A stretch of 63,962 nucleotides of DNA, the filler included, from an uncultured bacterium (GTDB lineage: Bacteria > CAZSTA01), in the NCBI GenBank assembly GCA_964609495.1. It is 6 parts of 6 records of this genome, joined end to end, with 100 filler letters (N's around TTAATTAATTAA, not from the genome) between each part and the next. Parts side by side here need not be neighbours in the genome. Positions count along the whole stretch, not along the records: positions 22,639 to 33,717 come from CAZSTA010000118.1; positions 33,818 to 44,836 come from CAZSTA010000120.1; 4 more parts are not named here. The stretch is one strand, 5' to 3'. The notes beneath the pieces are model-generated. The model had not been told where the DNA came from. It did no database searches and saw only the letters and a program-made list of their open reading frames with translations. The translations under genes were made by a program, and so were the position numbers. How positions within the stretch are numbered: the first letter of the stretch is position 1; the number at the start of each line of letters is the position of its first letter. Below are positions 28,276 through 39,163 of the stretch, piece by piece.

Positions 28276-31200
28276 TCACCCTTCCCTTATTCTCTTCCTT
28301 CTATCTTTAACATAAACGCTTCCTTTTAGCGTCTTGGCATAAGTCTCCAATTCAGCGGCTACTTGAGAGATTTGAGATAAGTTTTTCAAATCATACTTCT
28401 CATTCGTCACTACCGCTATGGAAATGCTTATTATCGGGAACTGCCTTATCTTACCATCCCTATCCTCGGTGATGATATATCCGTTTTTTTGATCCTCCTC
28501 GCGGTAGTGATGAGGGATCAGCTCATCAAATACCTCTATTATCCGGGAGCAGATATTGTCTGCTTTATCTGGGGTAGTTATCAGTGCAAAGTCATCCCCT
28601 CCTATATGACCCACAAAATCGCCTTTACCTCCGTATTCCACTAATGCAGAAGTGATGATGCTCGCTGTCTGGCGAATCACCCCATCACCTTTAGCATAAC
28701 CATATTTATTATTAAAAGCTTTAAAACTATCTATATCGAGGTAACAGACCGCGAACTTGTTCCCGCTCTTGATCCTCCTATTGATCTCGCGTTCGACAGC
28801 GATATTCCCAGGTAGCTTTGTCAGAGGATTGGCATGCAATCCCTCTTGAGTGCGGCGGATGATCATCTCTACTCTCGCTCCTAATTCGGTAGTTCCAGAG
28901 GATTTGGTAAAATAATCATCCGCTCCTATCTTCATCGCTCTCACCTTATCCTCTATGCTCTCCTTTGACGTCAACATCACTATCGGAATATGACGGGTGG
29001 AGGCACTCTCCTTCAGCTTCTTACATACCTCATAGCCATTCATCCCCGGCATCATGATATCGAGCAGGATCAGATCGGGTTGTTCTTGATGAACTATATT
29101 TAAGGCCTCTACCCCACTATAAGCGACTCTATTCTCATAGCCAAGATTATCAAAAGTTATCTTAATAATTTTGGCTATAGAGGGGTTATCATCAACTATC
29201 AAGATCTTGCCCTTCTTGGTTTTTCCCTTGCTCTCAAAGATAGCGCGCGTGGTATCACTCAAGACCCTTCGCTCAATTGGTTTCAATAGATATCCTACTA
29301 CACCCAGTTGGAAAGCCCTATCTCTCTTGTCTATTTCAGATACCACGAGGATCGGTATATCTTTAGTCTGAGGGTCATGCTTTAGAACCTCTATAATTTG
29401 CAATCCATCCATCTCAGGCATCAGGATATCCAGGATGATCAGATCGGGTTGGGACTTTCGAGCCATCGCGATCGTCCCCCAACTATTTAAGGCTTCTATA
29501 ACTTCAAAGCCCTCCCCCTCCAACTGAACCTTAGTTGCGCGTCTGGCATTCGGCTCATTATCCGCTATCAAGATAGTTTTATCGGGTATAGGAATAGGAA
29601 CCTTTATTGTTGTATCCTCATCCTCATAAATCTCCAATTCAGGAGAGGATAGTGCTATCTCAGCTTCAGAACTTTCGATCTCTGCCGATCTGAAAGCCAA
29701 TTCAATCAAACCTTTCTCGGAGGATACCGCCTTCTCTATAGGTAGGATAAGGATGAACTTATTCCTCTTTCCACTCTCTTGTTCTGCCCAGAGTTTGCCT
29801 CCTTGTTGCTCCACTATACTTCTTAAAAGAGGAAGATCTTTTCTAAATCTAGTTACCCTGTCAAATTCGCCCTGAGTCCCCTCGAATATCTTTTTAATAT
29901 GCTCTTCTGGTATCATCTCTCCTGTGTCAGAGATACTGATCTCGACATAATACCTGCTCTTTCGGGCGCTTATAGTTATCCTTCCTCCCGAAGGAGTGGC
30001 TCTGAAGCTATTACTCAGCAAGCCGTTTAAGACCCGTTGAAGTCTCTTTCTATCCCCAGATATCTTGGGAAGATCGGAGGGAATTAGAACTCCCAAATTT
30101 ATATCTTTTTGGATCGCTTGGGATTGGAAGGAATAGGCAACGGAACGAATCAGAGGGGCTATATCTCCCCTCCAAGCCTTCTGTAAAGGCGCCAACAACT
30201 CGCTTATCACAGCATTAATACGTTCGCTCTCTTCAGCGATTATGGATAGAAATTTCCTCTGTTCCGCAAGCTCCATTTCGGAGATATCCTTAGTAAGTAT
30301 CTCGACTGCTCCTCTAATCGCGGTCAGAGGAGATCTCAGCTTATGAGAGATCTCTATCGGAACACTTGAATCCCTGACTTCTCTAGTGTTGTTATCCTTC
30401 TCTTTAATAAACATCAACACTCCGGAATAGTATCCTCCCCTATCTTCTAAGGGAAATAGCTCCAGATTCAACTCTTTATCCTTTGTCCAGATCGGTAGTT
30501 CTCTCACCTTTTTTTGTGCTATACCGCTTTCTGAATACTTCTTTAATAACTCCAGTAGATGACCAGAAGCCTCTAAAGGCACACAATCCCATATATTATT
30601 GGATAATGCTCGCTCTTTATCCAACCCCAGCAATTCCTCGGCAGATTTATTGAGGGTAAGAACTTGATTGTTAGAATCTCCTATAACTATTCCTGCTCCC
30701 AGATAGGCGATTATCTCCTCCCACTCAGGAGATCGAGGATAAACTTGGATAGTTCTATCCGCGATACTGGATGGCTCCTCATAATCCATAAGTGCTTCTA
30801 TTTGTAATTCAAAATGGTACTCATCCCTATCTCCAAATCTTATCCTATCTCCGTTATCCAATACCTTTCGCTTTATGGCTTGATTGTTCACCCAAGTGCC
30901 GTTGGAACTATTAAGATCGTATAGGACAAAGTGGTTATATTGATGCATAAGCAAGGCATGCCAGCGGGAGATAGTGGGATCAACAAGGACTATGTGATTG
31001 CTGATATCTCTACCGATAATGGTTAGTTCTTCATTGAGGGGGAACATCTTACTTGTTCCCATCTCTTCCGATTGAATCAGAAGTGCAGGCGCATCTTGAA
31101 AAAGAAATAATCTTTTGTCCTCTCTGCTTATTTCTCTCTCTTCCTCCTGCTTCTCTTCGCCCTCCTCTTCTTCCTCCTGCCGAGCCTCTTTTTTCCCCCC

Positions 31201-31608
31201 TTCCCGTTGGACATATCTTAGCCTAGCGGAGTTATATCCTAAAGAGATCAAATCTCCATCTGATAATCTCTCTCTTTTTATCCTCACCGCATTGAGAAAA
31301 GTACCGTTGGCACTGTTCTGATCGATTATAAAAAAGCTACCATTTTTAAATATTATCTTAGCATGACGCCTAGAAATACATTTGCTTTTGAAGATTATAT
31401 CATTATCATCTCGACGACCTAGATTGATAACTGGCTTATTCAGGGGGAGCTCCCTAACTGAACTCCTACCATTCTCTACCACTATCTTGGCTTTCAATCT
31501 CTCGATCTCAGTCAAATCTACCGGTTCAAAGATATCGCTTTCCTCGGTTATTCTCCTGCCTAAAAGCCTATTAGTTATTAATGTTACCTTTTTCCCTAGG
31601 AGCTTCAT
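28276..31608 (-). CDS. Hybrid signalling protein: FHA-FHA-PAS-HisKA-HATPase-REC-REC-GGDEF
   Basis: Two GR...SRxH...SxNGT FHA motifs; SHKLRSPL; DTG; two LDIxMP receivers; GHIGGDDF. Confidence 0.88.
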   Translation of the reverse strand: MKLLGKKVTLITNRLLGRRITEESDIFEPVDLTEIERLKAKIVVENGRSSVRELPLNKPVINLGRRDDNDIIFKSKCISRRHAKIIFKNGSFFIIDQNSANGTFLNAVRIKRERLSDGDLISLGYNSARLRYVQREGGKKEARQEEEEEGEEKQEEEREISREDKRLFLFQDAPALLIQSEEMGTSKMFPLNEELTIIGRDISNHIVLVDPTISRWHALLMHQYNHFVLYDLNSSNGTWVNNQAIKRKVLDNGDRIRFGDRDEYHFELQIEALMDYEEPSSIADRTIQVYPRSPEWEEIIAYLGAGIVIGDSNNQVLTLNKSAEELLGLDKERALSNNIWDCVPLEASGHLLELLKKYSESGIAQKKVRELPIWTKDKELNLELFPLEDRGGYYSGVLMFIKEKDNNTREVRDSSVPIEISHKLRSPLTAIRGAVEILTKDISEMELAEQRKFLSIIAEESERINAVISELLAPLQKAWRGDIAPLIRSVAYSFQSQAIQKDINLGVLIPSDLPKISGDRKRLQRVLNGLLSNSFRATPSGGRITISARKSRYYVEISISDTGEMIPEEHIKKIFEGTQGEFDRVTRFRKDLPLLRSIVEQQGGKLWAEQESGKRNKFILILPIEKAVSSEKGLIELAFRSAEIESSEAEIALSSPELEIYEDEDTTIKVPIPIPDKTILIADNEPNARRATKVQLEGEGFEVIEALNSWGTIAMARKSQPDLIILDILMPEMDGLQIIEVLKHDPQTKDIPILVVSEIDKRDRAFQLGVVGYLLKPIERRVLSDTTRAIFESKGKTKKGKILIVDDNPSIAKIIKITFDNLGYENRVAYSGVEALNIVHQEQPDLILLDIMMPGMNGYEVCKKLKESASTRHIPIVMLTSKESIEDKVRAMKIGADDYFTKSSGTTELGARVEMIIRRTQEGLHANPLTKLPGNIAVEREINRRIKSGNKFAVCYLDIDSFKAFNNKYGYAKGDGVIRQTASIITSALVEYGGKGDFVGHIGGDDFALITTPDKADNICSRIIEVFDELIPHHYREEDQKNGYIITEDRDGKIRQFPIISISIAVVTNEKYDLKNLSQISQVAAELETYAKTLKGSVYVKDRRKRIREG

Positions 31609-31743
31609 CTTGCTTCACCTCTCTACCGCCTACTTTTTGAGAGATTTAATACCCCAAAGTTACATATCCAAAGTATTAGTCGCGATTTCTATCAGAAGTA
31701 AGCGTAATCCAATGTATAAATTATAAGGGGTAGAATGCAAATC

Positions 31744-32913
31744 CTAGATCAGTAACTCTTCGGCGAAGCTTGTTCCTGGACCGGGGTAATTCAGGTTCAG
31801 AATCTCGGCAACAGTTGCTCCTAGATCGGCAAAGGTCTCTCTAATACCTAGATCTACACCTCCCTTGATATGGGCTCCATAAACGAGGAGAGGCACATAT
31901 TCTCTGGAATGATCAGTGCTGGGGGTGGTGGGATCATTGCCATGATCGGCGGTGAGGATGAGCAGATCATCATCGCGCCGAATCCTTAATACCTCGACCA
32001 GATCGTGATCGAATTCCTCTAGGGCGGAGGCGTATCCCAACACATTATTCCGGTGTCCATAGAGCATATCGAAATCGACTAAGTTGGTGAAGATGATCCC
32101 CTTATCTATCTCCTCCATGAATTTGATCGTTTTTTCTATCCCATCGTGATTGTTTTTTATATGGACTGATTTAGTGAGTCCAGAGCCAGAGAAAATATCC
32201 TCTATCTTTCCCACCCCAGCGACCTCATAACCAGCCTCAGCCGCGAAGTTGAGGACGGTCCTTCGAGGTGGAGGAAGGGAGTAATCCTTTCTCCCTGCGG
32301 TGCGCTGGAAACTCCCCTTTTCCCCGATAAAAGGGCGAGCGATGATCCTGCCGACGGCGTGTTCTCCTCGCATTATATCTCTCGCTTGTTCGCACATCCA
32401 ATAGAGCTTCTCCACTGGGATAACGGATTCATGCGCGGCGACCTGAAAGACGCTATCGGCTGAAGTATAGACTATGGGGCGACCTGTCTCTATATGCTCT
32501 GCCCCTAGTTCCTCGATTATCACCGTTCCCGAGGCAGGTTTATTACCGAGCACTTTTCCGCCTATTCTCCTCTCGAAAGCCCTGATCACCTCCTCGGGGA
32601 AACCGTTGGGATAAGTGGGAAATGGCTTATCGAGGATGATTCCCATCATCTCCCAATGTCCAGTTGTCGTATCCTTACCTGGTGATCTTTCCGCCATCGA
32701 ACCATAAGCCGCGGAGGGGTTTTCCGAGGGAGGGATTCTAGCTAGAGGGATGATATTTCCCAACCCCATCTTTTGGAGGTTGGGAAGAGAGAAATTCTCC
32801 ACTTGCGAAGCTATATTCCCCAGGGTGTTACTTCCCTCATCTCCATAAAGCGAGGCATCGGGAAGCGCTCCGATCCCCACGCTATCCATTACTATTATGA
32901 TGACTCTTTTCAT
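31744..32913 (-). CDS. deoB: Phosphopentomutase
   Basis: [39 protein letters not shown]. Confidence 0.97.
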   Translation of the reverse strand: MKRVIIIVMDSVGIGALPDASLYGDEGSNTLGNIASQVENFSLPNLQKMGLGNIIPLARIPPSENPSAAYGSMAERSPGKDTTTGHWEMMGIILDKPFPTYPNGFPEEVIRAFERRIGGKVLGNKPASGTVIIEELGAEHIETGRPIVYTSADSVFQVAAHESVIPVEKLYWMCEQARDIMRGEHAVGRIIARPFIGEKGSFQRTAGRKDYSLPPPRRTVLNFAAEAGYEVAGVGKIEDIFSGSGLTKSVHIKNNHDGIEKTIKFMEEIDKGIIFTNLVDFDMLYGHRNNVLGYASALEEFDHDLVEVLRIRRDDDLLILTADHGNDPTTPSTDHSREYVPLLVYGAHIKGGVDLGIRETFADLGATVAEILNLNYPGPGTSFAEELLI

Positions 32914-33511
32914 ACTCAACCAACTTCCCAAATATCTCCTTCACCTGATCTTCCGTTCTTTGAATGGAACCACTGTTATCCACCACAAAATCCGCATATT
33001 TGACCTTCTCGGAGAGGGGCAATTGAGAACTCAGCCGCGCTTGAGCTTCCTCTCTAGTCATATCTCTTCTCTCCAGCAACCTTTCGATCTGGGTATCCTC
33101 ATCAGCATATACCACAATTACTAAATCCACCTTATCCTGCCAATTTACCTCATAGAGCAAAGGTATATCTATAATGATTACCCCTCTGCCGTTATCAGCA
33201 TATTCTAATTCCTCGACCAATCGCCTGACCTCTTCATCTATACGAGGATGGGTCATTCCCTCAAGTTCTTTCCTGGCTTCGGGATCGGAGAAGATGATCT
33301 GAGCTAGCTTGCCCCGATTTATACTTCTATCCTCATTTAATATCCCTTCTCCCCAGCGAGCTACGATATCACGCCAAGCTGGTCGATCTGGCTCAACGAC
33401 CTTGCGAGCTAGCTGATCGGTATCGATCAAGTGGGCTCCTAGCTCCACTAACATCTGAGCCACAATGCTCTTTCCACTGGCGACTCCTCCCGTTAGCCCG
33501 ACTAGCAACAC
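32882..33511 (-). CDS. coaE: Dephospho-CoA kinase
   Basis: [32 protein letters not shown]. Confidence 0.96.
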   Translation of the reverse strand: MLLVGLTGGVASGKSIVAQMLVELGAHLIDTDQLARKVVEPDRPAWRDIVARWGEGILNEDRSINRGKLAQIIFSDPEARKELEGMTHPRIDEEVRRLVEELEYADNGRGVIIIDIPLLYEVNWQDKVDLVIVVYADEDTQIERLLERRDMTREEAQARLSSQLPLSEKVKYADFVVDNSGSIQRTEDQVKEIFGKLVEYEKSHHNSNG

Positions 33512-33617
33512 TATAGTTCCTCCTGCTGTCTCCTTCCCAGATCATAAGGGAGCATTGCCCAGACTATAAACAATCCCGCGAAGATAAGGATTCGGTGTCA
33601 ACAGGTATATCAAATAT

Positions 33618-33646
33618 ATTATACTATAGGCATATAATATAGTCAA
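33618..33646 (-). promoter_or_regulatory. sigma70 promoter of the coaE-deoB operon
   Basis: TTGACT-17-TATAAT. Confidence 0.65.
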
Positions 33647-33662
33647 GAGAAGAATTAAGCGT

Positions 33663-33717
33663 GGATGCATATAAAATCTGGGATCTAAGATCTAATTTAC
33701 TTTGTATTACACCCTCC
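33663..33717. repeat. 55-bp end of a multicopy element shared with the window start
   Basis: 33663-33716 is the reverse complement of 1-54. Confidence 0.85.
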
Positions 33718-33817
33718 NNNNNNNNNNNNNNNNNNNNNNNNNNNNNNNNNNNNNNNNNNNNTTAATTAATTAANNNNNNNNNNNNNNNNNNNNNNNNNNN
33801 NNNNNNNNNNNNNNNNN
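33718..33817. other. Artificial contig linker
   Basis: N44-TTAATTAATTAA-N44. Confidence 0.99.
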
Positions 33818-34498
33818 TATTATAGGCGAAGAATCTCCTTCTCTAGGGACTTTTAGAGGACGATAGTAATCCCCCTCTATCTCGAAATCTTCCGCTGATA
33901 CATAAACATAGACGATAATATCCTTAGTAGCATCATCAGGTAGATCTAGGATCAACTGCTCTCCATGAGGACCGCTCCTCTTCATCCTTATAGCCACCTT
34001 CAGGGGAGATAGCTTCCCTAAGGTGACTTTACTCGGAAAGGATACATCGGTATAACGCATAACAGTCTTCGTGGGAACTCCCTCTTCTCCCATCTCATCT
34101 TCTCTCCGCCAACTTATCAGCTCATTTAGGTAGGCAGTTACAGTTTCACCATCTTTGATCTTTGGGATTTCTCCACCTATTACTCCAAGGGGATAATCAT
34201 CTTCTAAGACAGTCAATAATTCTCCAAATTCTTTAAATAGCTCAATTTCAGCTCTATCGATAGTCTCTGTTACAAGAAGCAATTCAGGAATATCTCTTAG
34301 ACGCTTATTATATAAGTTAAGCCCATCCTCATCCATAACTCTATCGAAGAGTTGGATAGGTATTACGGCGAAGCCTCCTCCTTCCAGCTCCACTATCAAA
34401 TAATCTATCTCCTTCTCAGCTTTATATATCGCGTTCTCGATCTCGCGGAAGGTGAATCTATCGGAGATGATGACGAAGTTTGTATTAAGCTCATTCAT
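33818..34498 (-). CDS. Hypothetical protein, 3' partial
   Basis: GGAGG SD, ORF open to the contig end; RYTDVSFP...LKVAIR beta-rich domain of unknown function. Confidence 0.7.
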
Positions 34499-34611
34499 AA
34501 GCTTCCCTCCTAATCCAAAAAAGGTTTACCACGAGAATGATCTTCACCGATAGGCATTTATCACTACTCGCAATAAACCATCTCCATTCCATAATTAATC
34601 TATGGGCAGAC

Positions 34612-35016
34612 TTATCCTTGCTCGGTTGTCTCCTCTGAAAGCAGTCCTCTCAGATATTCCAAAGCCAGTTTGATAAGCATTATCTCCGCATCGTATTGAA
34701 GCGACACCTTAGAGTAATAATTCTCAGGGACATCGCCAGCTTCATATTTCTCCTTTAAGCTCTCCCGGCAATACTCCAGCTCCTCCAGCATATCCTCCAA
34801 TTCTGGTATCGACATCTCGATGAGCATTCTATAGTATGCACTGAGTTCCTCAGGTATAGATAGAGAAGGGGCAATTGCGGCCTTTAAGCTTAGCTCATCA
34901 CATTGAAACAGTGGTTTTGGTAGATCTGGCTTTTTAATAGAAGGACAGCCAGAAAGCAGAATAGCTATTACTATACTTGCCACTAATATTATGCCCAGTT
35001 TGGAATTTATTCTCAT
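34612..35016 (-). CDS. Hypothetical lipoprotein
   Basis: Lipobox LLSGC; SD GGGGGTG. Confidence 0.75.
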   Translation of the reverse strand: MRINSKLGIILVASIVIAILLSGCPSIKKPDLPKPLFQCDELSLKAAIAPSLSIPEELSAYYRMLIEMSIPELEDMLEELEYCRESLKEKYEAGDVPENYYSKVSLQYDAEIMLIKLALEYLRGLLSEETTEQG

Positions 35017-35168
35017 TATCTTTTATCACCCCCCTTCTAAAGTATAATCCAGCCTATCTCCTTATATTATTATATACTATATTTTATTTTTTATCAACCT
35101 TTTTCTAGGTTATAATCTGATGGTGATCGCCAAAAGGGTTTATTCTTCGATGATTTTAGGGGGAGAGG

Positions 35169-35197
35169 TTGCAAAAGAGGGGCAAATATGGTAGAAT
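35169..35197 (+). promoter_or_regulatory. sigma70 promoter of the ATP-grasp gene
   Basis: TTGCAA-17-TAGAAT with extended TG. Confidence 0.55.
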
Positions 35198-35242
35198 AAA
35201 TTTAAGAGATTAAGGAGAAACATCAGAGGTGAGAATTTAACA

Positions 35243-36211
35243 TTGAAAATAGTCATAATCTATAATGAAGAAAAAATTAATATCGCTAAAGAAGAGATGT
35301 ATAGAATGGGGAAGCTAGATTATGAGCCATTAGTAGATATCAGAAGTGCTATAGAAGACGAGGGATATGAAGTTATTTTGATAGACGGTAATGACGATAT
35401 TATTTCCAAGATGAAGAGGGAAAAACCCGATCTTATATTCAACATCTTCGCGGGGACAAAAAGTTATATCCAATCCTATATCCCGATAGTATCGGAAATG
35501 CTGGGGATCCCTTTCACTGGCTCAGATGCCCTTACTCACTCTCTAGCTTTAAATAAAGCTTTTACTAATGAGATATTGATGAGCGAGGGAATACCAATAC
35601 CTGGTTTCATCTCGGCGAAGGATCTGAACTACGATCTTCCTTCATCCCTATCCTTTCCTTTAATCGTGAAGCCATGTCGAGGCGGCTCAAGCAAAGGAAT
35701 AACTAAGGACTCGTTGGTCAATTCGGCAGAGCTACTAGAGCCTGCTATCAGCAGGATACTATCTCTCGGTGATGAAGCCCTTATCTCCGAATTTATTGCG
35801 GGGCGAGAGTTAACGATAGGAATAATAGGAAATGATGATCCCGTAATTATGCCTATTTTGGAGACTGACTTCACCTCCTCGTCGGTGGATTTTTTCACCG
35901 ATGAGTTTAAGGATGAGGTTGGCTACTGGACATCCCATACTTCCGTAGCCGTCCTATCTGCCCAGGAGGAAAATGCAGTTAAGGATAGTGCCCTGCGAAC
36001 CTATAGGGCGCTTGGATGTCTAGATTATGGTAGAGTCGATATTCGTCTGGGGAGCGATGGATCGGCTTATGTGATAGACTTCAATTCTCTACCGGGCATT
36101 TATCCTCAGTATAGCGCCTTTTCCAGAATAGCCGAAGAAGCGGGATGGAACTTTAAGGATTTCATTGTTAAAATATTAGAATGCACTCTCCAAAGATATG
36201 CTCTCGCCTAG
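35243..36211 (+). CDS. D-Ala-D-Ala-ligase-like ATP-grasp enzyme (non-canonical Ddl)
   Basis: GIPFTGSD, PLIVKP..GGSSKGI, EFIAGRELT, YGRVDIR, NSLPG; lacks the GG.S.E...S N-terminal motif of true Ddl. Confidence 0.85.
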   Translation: MKIVIIYNEEKINIAKEEMYRMGKLDYEPLVDIRSAIEDEGYEVILIDGNDDIISKMKREKPDLIFNIFAGTKSYIQSYIPIVSEMLGIPFTGSDALTHSLALNKAFTNEILMSEGIPIPGFISAKDLNYDLPSSLSFPLIVKPCRGGSSKGITKDSLVNSAELLEPAISRILSLGDEALISEFIAGRELTIGIIGNDDPVIMPILETDFTSSSVDFFTDEFKDEVGYWTSHTSVAVLSAQEENAVKDSALRTYRALGCLDYGRVDIRLGSDGSAYVIDFNSLPGIYPQYSAFSRIAEEAGWNFKDFIVKILECTLQRYALA

Positions 36212-36407
36212 CTTAAATGAAGACATATTAACTCTCCTGATGATATAGCCGAAGGACTATCTCAACTAATCTGAGCACTTAATTCCCCACTCCTCTCTCT
36301 TTCCTTAGAAGAGGAGAGATATCCGATAGATCAAAAACTAAACTTATCACCTTTTTTCTCTACTCAGAGGGTGACTTTTATCTTTGTATATAAAGGAGGT
36401 ATATTTT

Positions 36408-37499
36408 ATGGTCGAAAAGAAAGATCTGAAATTTGCGGTGCTTGGTGCTGGGCATGGAGGGAAAGCTATGGCGGCTCATTTAGCTATAAAAGGATTCTCA
36501 GTTAATTTATTCAACCGCACCTGGGATAGAATAAGACCCATAGCTCTTAGAGGAGGGATAGGACTAAGCGGAGAGATAGAGGGATATGGCAAGCTTAATT
36601 TAGTCACCTCCAATATGGAGGAGGTGATCAAGGGGGTGGATGTAATTATGGTTGTCGTTCCTGCTACTGGACATAGATATATGGCTGAACAAAGCGCCCC
36701 CTATCTCCAGGATGGACAGATAGTTCTCCTCAATCCTGGTAGGACAGGAGGGGCTTTGGAGTTCTCCAAAGTCCTGAAGGATATGGAAGTTGCGGCGGAT
36801 GTCATCATCTCGGAGGCGCAGACCTTCATCTACGCTAGCCGCAGTATGGGGCCAGCCGATGCGAAGATCTTCCGGATAAAGAACACTGTCCCTGTAGCGG
36901 CTCTGCCAGCTACTAAAACCCAAAAAGCTTTAGAGAGCATAAATAAAGCTTATCCTCAATTCATCCCTGCGGATAGCGTATTACAGACTAGCCTGGATAA
37001 TATGGGAACGATATTTCATCCCTGCTTGACGATCCTCAACTCCGCTCGCATCGAATCTACCCGCGGGAACTTTCAATATTACATCGAGGGAGTGACTCCA
37101 ACGGTAGCTCATATCCTCGAGGTTGTGGATAGAGAACGGATGACGGTAGCGGCCGCTTTAGGGGTAAGAGCTACCTCAGCGGTTGAATGGTTGGAAATGG
37201 CTTATAATGCTACTGGTTCTAATCTCTTCGAGGCTATTCAAAGTAATCCGGGCTATCGTGGGATCAGCGCTCCTCGCAGTCTGGAAAATCGCTATCTTCT
37301 TGAAGATGTGCCAGCGAGTTTAGTCCCCATCGCCTCTTTAGGGAAGAGCTTCGGAGTCTCCACTCCCACTATTGATACCTTTATTCACTTAGCTTCTCTT
37401 CTTCATCGGAGTGACTATTGGGAGGTAGGGAGAACAGTGAAAACTTTAGGGTTAGAGGGATTGACCGTAGATGAGATTCAGAAATTGGTTCATGGTTGA
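36408..37499 (+). CDS. NAD(P)-dependent opine (octopine/nopaline) dehydrogenase family protein
   Basis: GAGHGG Rossmann motif, LNPGRTGG, N...HP, RYLLEDVP; SD AAGGAGGT before ATG 36408. Confidence 0.9.
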   Translation: MVEKKDLKFAVLGAGHGGKAMAAHLAIKGFSVNLFNRTWDRIRPIALRGGIGLSGEIEGYGKLNLVTSNMEEVIKGVDVIMVVVPATGHRYMAEQSAPYLQDGQIVLLNPGRTGGALEFSKVLKDMEVAADVIISEAQTFIYASRSMGPADAKIFRIKNTVPVAALPATKTQKALESINKAYPQFIPADSVLQTSLDNMGTIFHPCLTILNSARIESTRGNFQYYIEGVTPTVAHILEVVDRERMTVAAALGVRATSAVEWLEMAYNATGSNLFEAIQSNPGYRGISAPRSLENRYLLEDVPASLVPIASLGKSFGVSTPTIDTFIHLASLLHRSDYWEVGRTVKTLGLEGLTVDEIQKLVHG

Positions 37500-39148
37500 T
37501 CAGCGATCCTCTTCCAAATTTGCTCAATTCTCTCTTCCTCACTCAAAATATCTCTACTTTGAGGATCTACTGCATAGCAAGCTCCATCTATTATATCGGT
37601 TACTAGATCACCTCTAGTATCCTCACTGGGCAGGAGTTGAGGGGCATCTAGAAATCCCAAGCGGACAGCTTTAGCCAGAGTGGGAGGATCGATAAGAGGA
37701 TCTCCTACATCTCTCCCTAAAGTCCTGATAGCATCTATAAGCACTAAGGCTTCCTTCTTCAGTTGCTCTTTTCTCTCTTGAATCTTAGGATCCGAAGTCA
37801 TATCGGGAAGGCCGTAGATGGCGTTTTCGATAACTTTCCTAGTGATACGGCAACTCTCCATTACATCGCTGGGAGTAGCGGCATGATCCGCCTCTGAATA
37901 ACTCACCACATGAACTATCTCTGGATCAAGTGCCATCTGAAGCATTGTGGAGGAAGCTAGTTGTCCCTTAGCCATATCCAGATCGACTGGATAGCTGAGT
38001 AATCCAGTTCTCGTTTCTCGATGAACTCGAAAATCACTATCTTGTAACTCCTCGACCAATTCTACACAAGCCAGCATCTTGGCTAGATCCATCGGAAACG
38101 ATATTCCCGCGGGAGTATTGAACATATATTGGGAGATGTAATCTTTGATCCTCATCTTCTTAGCATTATAGGCGCTTATATATGCCGAGGCGACGAAGAT
38201 GGTATCGTGAGCGCTGCGCAAGGACCAATGATGAGGCTCATTTAGTTCCACAGGTATATCCCGTTCGGCATGCCACTTCATAACCTCTTGGTGAACCTTG
38301 ATCGATTCCTCCAAGCCCATAGGGCCTCTTCCATCTATAACGTTGAACCAGAAGATAGGGACCGCGGAGAAGCAGATGTTTATAGTATCCACGTAAACTT
38401 GGGCGAGCTTCAACAGATCATCGGTGCCAGCATAAGTTCTCATCAAGGGGAAATTCCCACCGCGAGAGGCTTCATATAGAGCGCGAAAGTCATCGGGGGT
38501 GCGAACGGGGACTCCTCCTGCTCCTTTTCGCCTCGGATCTTGCCTCTCTGGATGAAGGAAGTTCTCCTGAGCATCTTGATCGGTTCCCAGAGAGATTATA
38601 TCTAGCACTCTAGCCTCGGCTATCTCCTTTACTCCCTTGATGGTATCCTCCAGCGAGGGGAGTCCGAAATGATGACGGATCACGGGGAAGGGCTTCTTTT
38701 GAGCGATACGCTCGAGGAGGGTATGGGCGTAATCCTCCTCTTCTGCACTGCCGGGTTCTCTTCCTTGCAGAAAGGCGATGACATCTTCTACCGGCTCTTG
38801 GCCCCCAAATACTGCCTCGAAGAAGTTTAGCTCTCTAGCAACAGCGGCAACTGGCTCTGTTCCCCCAAAGGCATATTTTCTATCCCTCAATCCAGCCTCT
38901 TGAACGCTGGCAACTAATTCCTTCAACAGCGGTTCAGCGGTCTCCGGGGTCAATCTATAGCTCACGGCAACTATATCTGGATTTGCCTCCCTTATCGCTC
39001 CGATCAATTCCTTTATCGGAACAGCCGGTCCTAGGAAAGCTGTTTTATATCCCTGTTGTTCGGCTAAGCGAAGAAAGGATAATACTCCCGCTACGTGAAC
39101 GCATTCCCCTAGTGATGCTCCCAATATGCTTTTAGTTTTAGAAGACAT
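37490..39148 (-). CDS. Single-chain cobalamin-dependent enzyme: N-terminal B12-binding domain plus glutamate-mutase-E-like barrel; substrate unknown
   Basis: GECVHVAG (DxHxxG variant), VAVSYRL, AFGGT; C-terminal motifs align by eye with GlmE. Confidence 0.8.
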   Translation of the reverse strand: MSSKTKSILGASLGECVHVAGVLSFLRLAEQQGYKTAFLGPAVPIKELIGAIREANPDIVAVSYRLTPETAEPLLKELVASVQEAGLRDRKYAFGGTEPVAAVARELNFFEAVFGGQEPVEDVIAFLQGREPGSAEEEDYAHTLLERIAQKKPFPVIRHHFGLPSLEDTIKGVKEIAEARVLDIISLGTDQDAQENFLHPERQDPRRKGAGGVPVRTPDDFRALYEASRGGNFPLMRTYAGTDDLLKLAQVYVDTINICFSAVPIFWFNVIDGRGPMGLEESIKVHQEVMKWHAERDIPVELNEPHHWSLRSAHDTIFVASAYISAYNAKKMRIKDYISQYMFNTPAGISFPMDLAKMLACVELVEELQDSDFRVHRETRTGLLSYPVDLDMAKGQLASSTMLQMALDPEIVHVVSYSEADHAATPSDVMESCRITRKVIENAIYGLPDMTSDPKIQERKEQLKKEALVLIDAIRTLGRDVGDPLIDPPTLAKAVRLGFLDAPQLLPSEDTRGDLVTDIIDGACYAVDPQSRDILSEEERIEQIWKRIADQP

Positions 39149-39163
39149 GATATATACACCTCG

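Noticed and set aside
35243-36211. Calling this the housekeeping ddl
   Set aside because: It lacks the N-terminal GGxSxE motif and cell-wall gene context
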